NCBI RefSeq assembly: GCF_000018105.1
Contig: NC_009925.1
Coordinates: 570,001 to 602,000, forward strand
DNA: 32,000 nt
From: Acaryochloris marina MBIC11017
GTDB lineage: Bacteria > Cyanobacteriota > Cyanobacteriia > Thermosynechococcales > Thermosynechococcaceae
Reading direction: 5' to 3'
Positions 1-8,603 of the stretch are shown here, piece by piece. Every line of letters starts with the position of its first letter. Position 1 is the stretch's first letter. The position numbers were made by a program, and so were the translations under genes. The notes under the pieces are model-generated. The model was given only the letters and a program-made list of their open reading frames with translations. It made no database searches and was not told where the DNA came from.

Positions 1-721
1 CCGATAAAGATTCGACTTGATCAAGGGCCACTTCTAATTGGAGGTTCGACCGATACAGATACCGAAAGGCTTGCTTAAGGAGGCCTCTCATCTCCCCCTG
101 CAGGAGGTCGTAGACTCCATGACGCTGCAATCCTACTTGGTTTAAGGCCCGGACATGGGCAGGATTACCCTCTACGAGCATCAAGGGAGGGACATCTCGG
201 GTAATGCGGCTCATGCCCCCAATCATGGCCAGCTGACCCACATGGACAAACTGATGAATACCGAGTACCCCACTAATGTTGGCTTGGGATTCCACCTGCA
301 CATGGCCACTTAGGGCGACGGAATTGGCTATCACCACCCGATCGGCAATATGACAGTTATGGCCAATATGCACATTGGCCATCAATAGATTATCGCTGCC
401 AATGGTGGTGAACTGTTGGTCTCCACTGGCTCGATGGATGGTGACATATTCGCGTATCTGGTTGCGATCGCAAATCTTGACACCGCTCTGTTCCCCGCGA
501 AAATTGCGATCCTGAGGTTCCATGCCAATCACCACTCCCGGAAATATATGATTGTCGGCCCCAATCTCAGTCCAGCCTTCGATTACAGCGTGATGTCCGA
601 CCTGGGTTCCGGGGCCTAGTTTGACCTGTTTTCCAATCACCGCATAGGCTCCAATTTGAACCGTTTGATGCAAGGTTGCTTGGGGATGAATCACAGCGGT
701 GGGGTGAATCAAGTCGGTCAT
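1..721 (-). CDS. lpxA: UDP-N-acetylglucosamine O-acyltransferase LpxA (partial; 3' end runs off the left edge)
   Basis: Absent from the supplied ORF track because it is open at the window edge. Manual reverse-strand translation from the ATG at 721-719 gives MTDLIHPTAVIHPQATLHQTVQIGAYAVIGKQVKLGPGTQVGHHAVIEGWTEIGADNHIFPGVVIGMEPQDRNFRGEQSGVKICDRNQIREYVTIHRAS...GNPAHVRALNQVGLQRHG... It shows hexapeptide (left-handed beta-helix) periodicity plus an LpxA-type C-terminal helical part, and lies next to fabZ and lpxC. Confidence 0.9.
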   Translation of the reverse strand, partial: MTDLIHPTAVIHPQATLHQTVQIGAYAVIGKQVKLGPGTQVGHHAVIEGWTEIGADNHIFPGVVIGMEPQDRNFRGEQSGVKICDRNQIREYVTIHRASGDQQFTTIGSDNLLMANVHIGHNCHIADRVVIANSVALSGHVQVESQANISGVLGIHQFVHVGQLAMIGGMSRITRDVPPLMLVEGNPAHVRALNQVGLQRHGVYDLLQGEMRGLLKQAFRYLYRSNLQLEVALDQVESLS

Positions 722-816
722 TCAGGGTCTGCGTTTTACAATGGCTATCTGAGGGTAGCATTTTAGATAAACGGCCAAAACTCCTCGTCTTCCGATTGTA
801 TTGAGTGTAGAAATTA

Positions 817-2355
817 ATGCGGAACAGTTTTTTTGACGATTCCTTAGACAAAGCCTCTATCAAACAACGTATCCGTGAACTCGAGAAAGCCACCGTTGGA
901 TTCTATAGTATTGGTCTTTATCCGGGTTCTCTGGCTTACAATGCCGTGATGCAAGCTGGGGGTACCCCATTAATTTTGGCGCCTCGACCGGGGCGGGACC
1001 TCATGGGAGCCTTCTCAGAAGAAGCCAAAGGCGGGATGGATCCAGACCATGTTGTCAATTTGCACCGGATGGCTCGACATAATGAAGGCCATGCCAGCGT
1101 CACCAACACCTTAGAGTATTTGATTGAGACCTGTGAATTGGTGGTTCTCAGTGCCAATAGTAATTACATCGAACAGGATTTAGAGGAAGCCTGCGCCCTA
1201 CGCCACAAACTGGGCCGTTCCAATGTCGTTTTAGCCTGCTTGGCAGGGTCTTTTAGCCATGATAAGGCCACCAATGCCGCCTATGTTTTATGTGAGAAAA
1301 ATCCCAATCTGGCCTTTTTCTCCGGATTTCACCGAGATGGCGCTTTAAGAGACCCCGTAGACAGCTTTACGGCTAATTTTTGCCATCCAAATGCCCTAAC
1401 TGCTTTGATCGGTGCCTTTATGCTGGATGGGATATCCCTGAATATCCAGGTCTCCCCCGGGATACATAATGTCGAGGCCCAATATATTAAGGCCGCCAAA
1501 AACATGGCCTCGATCTTTGCTGGGTTTGGCTATGAGTTTCACTGGGACAATACGGGCATCTTACCGACCCTGCTCACTCTCCTCTTAGATCAGTGCTTAG
1601 ATCAGGCAGCGACGGTGTCCATGTCCCGGCGCGATCGACAAAAACTCTACACTCAGCAGCCTATCGATTTGACGGAATTGGGCTATGGCGTGCCCATGAT
1701 TGAAGCGACCCTCAATCAAGGGGGCGATAAGGAAAAGGTGCGCGATCATACATTTTCCCAATTAACGGCTATGGTGGCTGATGTGCGGGGCAGTATGACT
1801 AGCCCCACCACCGGGAAACCGACCCGCAACTTCCGAGCGGGACAAGTGTTGGCAAAATCCATGAAAGAACATGGGCGATGCCCCTTGAATATCGAAGAAT
1901 TTGAACAGTGGTGTGAAGATGCGGGCCTCAAAAAAGGGGGCTTAGAGGGGGTCAAAGCCCTGCGTTATTGGCCCCAAATTACCAACAAATATAAAATTCA
2001 AGTCCATGATGCGTCGATGATTAATCTCCTGCATATGGTGATTTGTGGGGATGGCAAAGAACAGGAATTTGCCTTCCAAGTGATGACGAAAAGTCGAGAG
2101 CTGTCCAATTACTGCCAAGAATCGGTGCGGCCCCTCTACAGCCGTAAATATGCCAGCATTCTCAATAATTTGGATAAGCCGGAGTCCTTAGAGCAGCTTG
2201 CCAATGCCATCATTGCCGATAATGCCCGCAAAGCCCTGGAAGTTGAAGAGCCTGAGTTAGAAGAAACGACCCCCCAATCCGACAATCCGGCCTATTTACA
2301 GGCTATGGATAGCATTGAACAAAGCGTTGATACGGCTGAGGTTGGGGCCGATTAA
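817..2355 (+). CDS. Uncharacterised 512-aa protein, distantly GpsA-like (glycerol-3-phosphate dehydrogenase fold) with a degenerate dinucleotide loop and a long acidic C-terminal extension
   Basis: 1539-nt ORF starting at ATG 817. It resembles GpsA colinearly but weakly. [18 protein letters not shown] sits where GpsA has the GxGxxG loop (degenerate here). [11 protein letters not shown] follows. [13 protein letters not shown] sits where GpsA has ISGPx[19 protein letters not shown] matches GALKNVIAIxAG. About 200 further residues end in [15 protein letters not shown]. No competing ORF on the other strand. The resemblance was judged by eye only. Confidence 0.75.
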   Translation: MRNSFFDDSLDKASIKQRIRELEKATVGFYSIGLYPGSLAYNAVMQAGGTPLILAPRPGRDLMGAFSEEAKGGMDPDHVVNLHRMARHNEGHASVTNTLEYLIETCELVVLSANSNYIEQDLEEACALRHKLGRSNVVLACLAGSFSHDKATNAAYVLCEKNPNLAFFSGFHRDGALRDPVDSFTANFCHPNALTALIGAFMLDGISLNIQVSPGIHNVEAQYIKAAKNMASIFAGFGYEFHWDNTGILPTLLTLLLDQCLDQAATVSMSRRDRQKLYTQQPIDLTELGYGVPMIEATLNQGGDKEKVRDHTFSQLTAMVADVRGSMTSPTTGKPTRNFRAGQVLAKSMKEHGRCPLNIEEFEQWCEDAGLKKGGLEGVKALRYWPQITNKYKIQVHDASMINLLHMVICGDGKEQEFAFQVMTKSRELSNYCQESVRPLYSRKYASILNNLDKPESLEQLANAIIADNARKALEVEEPELEETTPQSDNPAYLQAMDSIEQSVDTAEVGAD

Positions 2356-2822
2356 TCCACCATGGCAAACATCAGCTCTCCTGAACAGGCCAGTTTGCCG
2401 TCCACTTCAGCCTTCGTGGACATCATGGCAAACCGCTTGCGCTTCAAAGACAGGAATTCGGCGGTAATCACGAGCTGGTCTCCTGGGACAACGGAGCGGC
2501 GAATTCGGACTTTATCAATCCCTGTGAAGACAAATAACTTGCCAGAAGGGATATCGGGAAGTTGAGCCAGGACAATTCCGCCCACTTGAGCCATGGCTTC
2601 CACAATCAATACCCCTGGCATCAGCGGTCGACCGGGGAAATGGCCCTGAAAGAACTCTTCATTCATCGTCACGTTCTTGATGCCCACTGCCCGCTCAGAC
2701 TCTTTGTAGTCAATAATGCGATCTACCAGAAGAAAGGGATATCGATGGGGCAGCAGCTCTTGAATCTCCTCAATCATAAAGGTGGTTTTGGGATCGGTAG
2801 AGCCATCAGAGGGATTTGACAT
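2352..2822 (-). CDS. fabZ: 3-hydroxyacyl-ACP dehydratase FabZ
   Basis: [13 protein letters not shown]...[26 protein letters not shown] hot-dog signature. The track start at 2831 is TTG; the ATG at 2822 (MSNPSDG...) is the more likely start. Sits 32 nt downstream of lpxC. Confidence 0.93.
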   Translation of the reverse strand: MSNPSDGSTDPKTTFMIEEIQELLPHRYPFLLVDRIIDYKESERAVGIKNVTMNEEFFQGHFPGRPLMPGVLIVEAMAQVGGIVLAQLPDIPSGKLFVFTGIDKVRIRRSVVPGDQLVITAEFLSLKRKRFAMMSTKAEVDGKLACSGELMFAMVD

Positions 2823-2854
2823 AATAAGCAATCACGATTCAACAAAAAATGCAG

Positions 2855-3724
2855 TCAGCCGAGTAAGGCTTGCTGAAGGCGTTTGGCAAAGCGAATGTGG
2901 AGGGAGTGACTGGCTTTATATGCAACGTAATGGGCGGGGGGGAAATACCCCAATAAACTTAAATCGCCAATCAAGTCCAACAGTTTGTGGCGAACCGGCT
3001 CGTTTGCAAATCGCAACGGCGGATTCAGCCATTCGTCCTGACGACAAACCAAAGCATTGTCTAGACTACCACCTTTGATGAACCCCTTAGCTTGCAGGGA
3101 TTCGACATCCTTGGCCCGGCCAAAGGTGCGGGCGGGGGCAATATCAGAGAGAAACGCGTTAGGACTCAATCGGTACCACTGTTTACCAATGGCGGGTTCA
3201 GGAAACTCAATGCCGTAGCTAAAGGAGAGGTGGGGCTCTGGCAGGGCCATCACAAAGGCGTCTGCATCCTGCACCAAAACTGGATGATGCAGGGTCGGTC
3301 TGAGGCGAAGTTCTGACTGAACCTGATAGCCTGCCTTCAGAATGGCCTCGGTCCACCTCTGGGCAGATCCATCTAAAATCGGAACTTCGGGTCCGTCTAG
3401 ATCAATACGGGCATTATCAATGCCCATTCCTGCTAAAGCCGCCAACAGATGTTCCACCGTTGCAATAGTGGTATCTGCCTGCTTCAAGGTGGTGCAGAAC
3501 TGGGTTTGGTGTACCGATGAGAGGTGAGCAGGAATATCTGGCTGATCTTGGTAACCAAAATATCGCCCTTGATGGGGCGGCGCTGGATAAACGGTGACGG
3601 TGGCAGTAGCCCCCGTATGCAAGCCCATGCCAGTAAGGGTAAAGCTGTGGTTTAGGGTGTGTTGATAAGGAGATGCGATCGCATCTTCAAAACCCTTTAA
3701 CCCCTCGGTCTTACTGGCATCCAC
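2855..3724 (-). CDS. lpxC: UDP-3-O-acyl-N-acetylglucosamine deacetylase LpxC
   Basis: FTLTGMGLHTGATATVTVYPAP, TIATVEHLLAALAGMGIDNARIDLDGPEVPILDGSA and HKLLDLIGDLSLLG are typical LpxC blocks. Lies 27 nt downstream of bamA. Confidence 0.93.
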   Translation of the reverse strand: MDASKTEGLKGFEDAIASPYQHTLNHSFTLTGMGLHTGATATVTVYPAPPHQGRYFGYQDQPDIPAHLSSVHQTQFCTTLKQADTTIATVEHLLAALAGMGIDNARIDLDGPEVPILDGSAQRWTEAILKAGYQVQSELRLRPTLHHPVLVQDADAFVMALPEPHLSFSYGIEFPEPAIGKQWYRLSPNAFLSDIAPARTFGRAKDVESLQAKGFIKGGSLDNALVCRQDEWLNPPLRFANEPVRHKLLDLIGDLSLLGYFPPAHYVAYKASHSLHIRFAKRLQQALLG

Positions 3725-3751
3725 GCTTGCCTCAAGATAAACACTGGATCC

Positions 3752-6208
3752 TTAGAATCGTTGACCAAAGCCAAAGTGGAATTGATTGTCCCCATCGTCA
3801 TTGATGCCATAATCCAGTCGGACTGGACCAATAGGCGTTTTGACGCGTACCCCAATGCCGTAGCCAAAGCCAACCCCAGGCTTGCCGCGAACAATACCAG
3901 GTTGACCCGGAACATTACTTTGAGTTCCCAGGTTACTCCCCACATCAAAGAAGAGGACAGCACCCACACCCCCCAAGAAGTTAATCAACGGAAAACGATA
4001 TTCAGCGGTGGCCTGCATAAAGCTGCGACCACTGCCCAAATCTCCTTCTCCGTAGCCCCGGACCGAAGAGCTGCCCCCGAGGGAGAAGGCTTCATAGGGA
4101 GGTAGGTCCCCTAGGACCGTTCCAGCTTGGACATTAAAGGCCAAGGCTTGGGGACCTTCGGTAAAGTTGGTGAGTTTGATAGGGACGAAATAGCTAAAGC
4201 TCCCCCGGAGTCGCGTTAATAGGATGCTGCCAGAGCCAATGGGAGCCGATTGTTCTAGGCCAAATCGTAGGGCATATCCCTTGGTGGGGTCGGCTGGATC
4301 ATCCCGTAAATCACGGCCAATGCCGAGTTGGACGGTGAGTAGGTCATCATTGCCCGTCCCGCTAAAACTTAAGGCATTGCCCAATTCGTCCACAGGAGAA
4401 ATTGAGAAGTCACTGTCGCGAATTGAAATCCGTTGGTATCGGAAGCCAATCGATCCAGTCCAGGCTTGTCTGAGGTTATCTAGGTCTGTCGTGAAGGGGC
4501 GGTTAAACACACCACTAATCCCCAATCGGTTGACCCTGGGAGTATCCCCATTGGGCAGATCGACTTCAATCGGGCCTTCATCAAACACGAGGGGAAGGGT
4601 CAGGCGGTTGAAGATGTTGATGCTGTAGGAGGAATGGTTGGGATCTCCGGCAATCCATGGATCCGAAAATCCGGCATCAAATAAGAATTCTCGGGTTCCA
4701 GCCTGGGCTTGGACGCTCAGGGTTTGGTTGTTGCCCCCTAAATTATTCTGAGTAAAGGAGCCGGTGCCAAAGAAACCACTTCGAGAGCTAAAACCAGCAC
4801 CAGCGGAGAAGCTGGCCGTGCTTCGTTCCTGCACATTTAGATTCACCACGACTTTCCGTGGATCCTGACCCGGTTCGAGGGCCACTTTGACATCTTCAAA
4901 CAGCCCCAACCCAAACACGCGCTGTAGGTCGGTTTGCAGCTTGTTGCGGTTTAAAGGCAAACCCGGCTCGGTGCGCATTTCTCGGGTAATAATAAATTTC
5001 CGAGTCTTGCCTTTGGTGGGCTCTCCATCTTCGTTAATGTAACGAACATCGATATCTTCAACGACCCCTTCTGCCACCTGGAGGGTGACAGTGCCATCGG
5101 GATCCACTTGGGGAACGCCCACCACTTGACCGAGAACGAAACCTTCATCTTGATAATATTTATTGACCCGAGTCACCCCTGCTTGGAGATCCCGAAGGTT
5201 AAGGATTTTGCCGTATTGGGATTGGAAAATCTCATCCACTTTCTCTTGGGTGAGAACCTGATTGCCAGCCACCTGCACGGATTGGAGGGTGGGATTGGGC
5301 TGGACAAAGAAGGTGACTCTGACGCCAAGGGGTGTATCACTGGGCTCTGCCCTAACATTGCTAAAAAAGCCAGTGCCGAAAATGGCATTAATGTCGGATT
5401 GAATTTGCGATCGCGTTGTTGTTTGGCCTGGTCGGGTACTAATGGCTTCATAGGCATTAATCGCTAAATCGCCATCGACCCCTTCAACTAAGACTTCTGA
5501 GACCAAAACCTCTGGTTCAGGGGCTGCGGGTGGTTCAGCCGTTTCTGTGGGGGGTTGAGGAGGGGAACCCGGAGATTCTACCGAACTATCGGGAGACGGG
5601 GTTTGCGTGTCGCCAGGATTGCCGCTGGGAATATCGCCGCCGGGAACCGGAAGTCCAGGATTGGGGGCCGCTGGCGATTCTGTGGGGGGGACGTCATCGG
5701 CAGAGGGCGTTTCGGCTGGTACATCTCCTGGGGCACCTGTATCTGGGGCCGCTTCGTCCGTCGCTGGTACATCTCCTGGGGCCGGAGCGGCGTCATCTGC
5801 TGCGGAGGGGGCTCCGGGGGCTGGGGCGATCTCGTCTGCTGCGGGGGGATCTCCTGGTGCTCCCGTATTTGGGGTGGCCTCGTCTGGATCAGTCTTCTCT
5901 TCCGATGTGGACGGGGTTTCTACCGCTGGCGTGGAGGGTTGATCGGGTTGAGCAGGGAGGGGAAAAACCGGGGCAGTTTGACTAGGGGCGTCATCTGTCG
6001 GCAGCTGCCCAAGGTGTATTGAGGGGGCAGGGGGGGAGGATACTCTGATCTGTTCTTGGCGATTATCTCTGTCCGAAGAAGGCTGGTCTTTGGCTTGGGC
6101 GGGTGCAATGCCCAGCAGGGTCGCCGTGATCACGGTTGCACCGAGAATCGGTGGAAGACTGAGAATCTTGATCGATGGAGATTGAGTCACTTCACACACC
6201 ACATGCAA
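3752..6208 (-). CDS. bamA: Outer membrane protein assembly factor, Omp85/BamA family (cyanobacterial type with Pro-rich N-terminal region)
   Basis: 818 aa. Signal peptide (..TLLGIAPAQA/KDQ), a Pro/Ala/Asp-rich segment of about 180 aa, POTRA-like repeats, and a C-terminal beta-barrel ending NQFHFGFGQRF with a terminal Phe. The track start is TTG at 6208; the true start could be a nearby in-frame GTG. Confidence 0.9.
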   Translation of the reverse strand: MHVVCEVTQSPSIKILSLPPILGATVITATLLGIAPAQAKDQPSSDRDNRQEQIRVSSPPAPSIHLGQLPTDDAPSQTAPVFPLPAQPDQPSTPAVETPSTSEEKTDPDEATPNTGAPGDPPAADEIAPAPGAPSAADDAAPAPGDVPATDEAAPDTGAPGDVPAETPSADDVPPTESPAAPNPGLPVPGGDIPSGNPGDTQTPSPDSSVESPGSPPQPPTETAEPPAAPEPEVLVSEVLVEGVDGDLAINAYEAISTRPGQTTTRSQIQSDINAIFGTGFFSNVRAEPSDTPLGVRVTFFVQPNPTLQSVQVAGNQVLTQEKVDEIFQSQYGKILNLRDLQAGVTRVNKYYQDEGFVLGQVVGVPQVDPDGTVTLQVAEGVVEDIDVRYINEDGEPTKGKTRKFIITREMRTEPGLPLNRNKLQTDLQRVFGLGLFEDVKVALEPGQDPRKVVVNLNVQERSTASFSAGAGFSSRSGFFGTGSFTQNNLGGNNQTLSVQAQAGTREFLFDAGFSDPWIAGDPNHSSYSINIFNRLTLPLVFDEGPIEVDLPNGDTPRVNRLGISGVFNRPFTTDLDNLRQAWTGSIGFRYQRISIRDSDFSISPVDELGNALSFSGTGNDDLLTVQLGIGRDLRDDPADPTKGYALRFGLEQSAPIGSGSILLTRLRGSFSYFVPIKLTNFTEGPQALAFNVQAGTVLGDLPPYEAFSLGGSSSVRGYGEGDLGSGRSFMQATAEYRFPLINFLGGVGAVLFFDVGSNLGTQSNVPGQPGIVRGKPGVGFGYGIGVRVKTPIGPVRLDYGINDDGDNQFHFGFGQRF
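5510..6040 (-). repeat. Low-complexity Pro/Ala/Asp-rich coding repeats inside bamA
   Basis: Protein residues about 57-233 carry degenerate units (TGAPGDPPAADEIAPAPGAPSAADDAAPAPGDVPATDEAAPDTGAPGDVPAETPSADD). At DNA level a perfect 19-bp direct repeat gctggtacatctcctgggg occurs at 5715-5733 and 5763-5781, 48 bp (16 codons) apart. Confidence 0.7.
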
Positions 6209-6277
6209 CTGAACAACAATGAGTACTAAGAGAAACCTTAAAAAAATCCAAAACAGGGAGTATTTTATCGCACCAAG

Positions 6278-7015
6278 CTAGGGGACGTATATGTCCTGGG
6301 CTAGAACCCGCTCCATGACCCGAGCATAGGCCGTATCCACTTCTCCTAAATCACGACGGAACCGATCTTTATCCATGACCCGTCGCGTGGGATCTGATTC
6401 AGCATCGTCCCAGAGTCTACAGGTATCGGGGCTGATTTCGTCCGCTAACAAAAGCTGTTGGTCCGACGTCATCCCAAATTCCAATTTGAAATCTACGAGG
6501 GTAATGCCACATTGATGGAAAAAATTAATCAGGATTTGGTTGATTCGCAAGGCCAGTTGACGCAGTTGCTCTAACTGCTCTGGCGTTGTCAGCTCCAGAA
6601 GAAAAATGCGATCACGGGTGAGTAACGGATCCCCCAGGGCATCATCTTTGTAATAGAAATCAACTAAGGGTTGTGACAAGGGAACACCTAACGCTAGTCC
6701 TGTCTGTTGACATAGACTCCCAGCTGCAATGTTCCGCACGACGACTTCTAGGGGCACAATTTGTACCGCTCGCATTCGCATCTGGTCTGGGTTTGGCTGA
6801 TCGATAAAATGGGTTGCAATCCCCGCTGCCTCCAGAACCTTGAATAGGTGAGTGGCAATGGCGCAATTGATGCGGCCTTTGTTGGTGATTGTGCCGCGTT
6901 TTTGAGCATTAAAGGCAGTCGCATCATCCTTGTACTGGGCTAAAAGGATGTCTGGATCGTCCGTCCGATAAATAATTTTGGCTTTCCCTTCGTAGAGAAA
7001 CTCGCCAGTAGACAT
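6278..7015 (-). CDS. purC: Phosphoribosylaminoimidazole-succinocarboxamide (SAICAR) synthase PurC
   Basis: MSTGEFLYEGKAKIIYRTDDPDILLAQYKDDATAFNAQKRG...LADEISPDTCRLWD is the classic PurC sequence. The ATG at 7015 is preceded by AAGGAG at a 6-nt spacing; the track start at 7018 is GTG. Confidence 0.95.
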   Translation of the reverse strand: MSTGEFLYEGKAKIIYRTDDPDILLAQYKDDATAFNAQKRGTITNKGRINCAIATHLFKVLEAAGIATHFIDQPNPDQMRMRAVQIVPLEVVVRNIAAGSLCQQTGLALGVPLSQPLVDFYYKDDALGDPLLTRDRIFLLELTTPEQLEQLRQLALRINQILINFFHQCGITLVDFKLEFGMTSDQQLLLADEISPDTCRLWDDAESDPTRRVMDKDRFRRDLGEVDTAYARVMERVLAQDIYVP

Positions 7016-7130
7016 CACAGTCTCCTTAATTCAGGTATTCAGGGGGTGGGGCAGTAGAGATGAGCTGCAAAGATTCTATGGGATCCGGGTCAAAGTCAAT
7101 GCTTTGGGAGTGACACTTTCTGGAGATGGA

Positions 7131-7541
7131 TCAAGGATTAGAGAATAAATCCAGCGGGAAATGACCATAGGTCTGGTTGATAATTTCTTCTGATTCAGAT
7201 TGGAACGAGATCAGCACGCCACGATGGTTCCCCACATAGTTATCGGTATAGCAACTGCCTAAGTTGGGGTTGAACTTCAGGTAAGTGGGGCCGGTAATGG
7301 GCTGCCAATTCGTCGGCATTTCATAGCCAAACGCTTGGCTGTAGGCCGTTAAGGCAGCTATCGCTTGATCACAGGTTTCCGCCAAGATGCCGAACATTTG
7401 GTAATCCGTGGCCTGGGCCAACGCTAATAAATCGGTCTTAGCCTGTTCTCGTTCCTCAGCCGTGGTAATAGGCGGAGGATCCAGGGCTGCAAATTTGGCA
7501 AGGGCCGCTTGAGATTGTTGGACGGTGGGGGAAGGGGACAT
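7131..7541 (-). CDS. Conserved hypothetical protein (possibly the cyanobacterial/plant DUF1824-type family; not verified)
   Basis: The ORF runs 7131-7592. The internal ATG at 7541 (MSPSPTVQQSQ...) removes the overlap with the upstream gene and leaves a 25-nt gap. The protein looks globular (..GVLISFQSESEEIINQTYGHFPLDLF). The family assignment is from memory only. Confidence 0.6.
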   Translation of the reverse strand: MSPSPTVQQSQAALAKFAALDPPPITTAEEREQAKTDLLALAQATDYQMFGILAETCDQAIAALTAYSQAFGYEMPTNWQPITGPTYLKFNPNLGSCYTDNYVGNHRGVLISFQSESEEIINQTYGHFPLDLFSNP

Positions 7542-7566
7542 CGCAATTTTTATCCTAAAAAGGAGA

Positions 7567-8382
7567 CTATGACGTAGCTGGAGGTTGACCAATGGACGTC
7601 ACCAAGGGGACAAATTGTTCGACCCACTGGTCCTGACTAAGGGCTAAGGTGGGATAAGCCACCTGGCTATAATTTTGACCCACGGTTAACGGAAAGATGG
7701 GGTCAGGGGCTAAGGAGATCCATGCTCCCCCAGCGGCTTGAATAATGGGCCAAACTCCAGCAATATCCCAGATCTTAGGCGTCGCCTCTACCGCACCAAT
7801 GGTAACGCCTTGGGCCACGATGAGTAGGTTGTAACTGGCGGACCCAAGCATTCGAAGTTTGCAGGGAAAGGGGTTCTTTAACACCGAAAGACTACGGGCA
7901 CAGAGACTGAAACATTGATTTCCAGCGGGTGCATCGGGCCGGGTGTGGATAGGGGTTTGATTGCAAAAGGCCCCATCTGGTTGCTCTGGTGCAGACCAAA
8001 ACCCATGAAAAGTTTGCCCTAAGGGGGGAAAGTGAACAAACCCAAACACTGGCACCCCTTGATAGAGCAACCCTAAGGAGGTTCCCCAAATGGGAACACC
8101 GCGAGAAAAATTAGTGGTGCCATCAATCGGATCTATGACCCAACACCAGTCGGTATCGGGAAAGATATGTTCTACCTCTTCGCTCAGTACCCCATGGTCG
8201 GGGAAAGCAGTGGCAATGGCCTGACGCAGATAGTGATCGGCCCATTGGTCTGATTGAGTGACTAAGCTACCATCGGACTTAGAGGTCGCTTGAACTTTCC
8301 CAAATTCAGTGAGTAAGCGTTCCCCCACTTGTTGTGTAACGGTGTGGGCAAAAGTGACGACCGAAGTCCAGAATGTTTGCAT
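7567..8382 (-). CDS. Inositol monophosphatase family protein (SuhB/HisN-like phosphatase)
   Basis: Metal-binding motifs GVLSEE, WVIDPIDGTTNF and WDIAG..AAGG. The ATG at 8382 lies immediately after the TTG used by the track. Confidence 0.85.
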   Translation of the reverse strand: MQTFWTSVVTFAHTVTQQVGERLLTEFGKVQATSKSDGSLVTQSDQWADHYLRQAIATAFPDHGVLSEEVEHIFPDTDWCWVIDPIDGTTNFSRGVPIWGTSLGLLYQGVPVFGFVHFPPLGQTFHGFWSAPEQPDGAFCNQTPIHTRPDAPAGNQCFSLCARSLSVLKNPFPCKLRMLGSASYNLLIVAQGVTIGAVEATPKIWDIAGVWPIIQAAGGAWISLAPDPIFPLTVGQNYSQVAYPTLALSQDQWVEQFVPLVTSIGQPPATS

Positions 8383-8603
8383 CAATTTTCCATATGGGAT
8401 GTTGCCCTCTACCGTACCTTGTTTTATGAAGGATAATCGAGCAACTATTTCCCTCAGTTAGACGTCAAACGTTCTAAATACCCGGTGACTGCATAAAAAC
8501 GTGTAGATTTGCAGTTTCCAGACGTGATTGGGTTCTCTTTCTAGGACTGAATTTCAAGAATTAACTGTTCACTGCCATTATTGGGTTTCATCTCTATTTC
8601 ACT

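Noticed and set aside
416-893. Track ORFs 416-619(+) and 567-893(-) at the lpxA locus.
   Set aside because: The first is antisense to the manually translated lpxA frame. The second is an out-of-frame ORF crossing the lpxA start and the divergent promoter. The true lpxA frame was missing from the track only because it is open at the window edge.
5530-6108. A cluster of long ORFs in other frames and on the other strand within the bamA Pro-rich region (5530-5985+, 5555-6022+, 5607-5942+, 5578-5796-, 5920-6108-).
   Set aside because: They are an artefact of a GC-rich, stop-poor repetitive coding stretch. Their translations are low-complexity (Arg/Gly/Trp-rich) and all lie inside the well-supported bamA frame.
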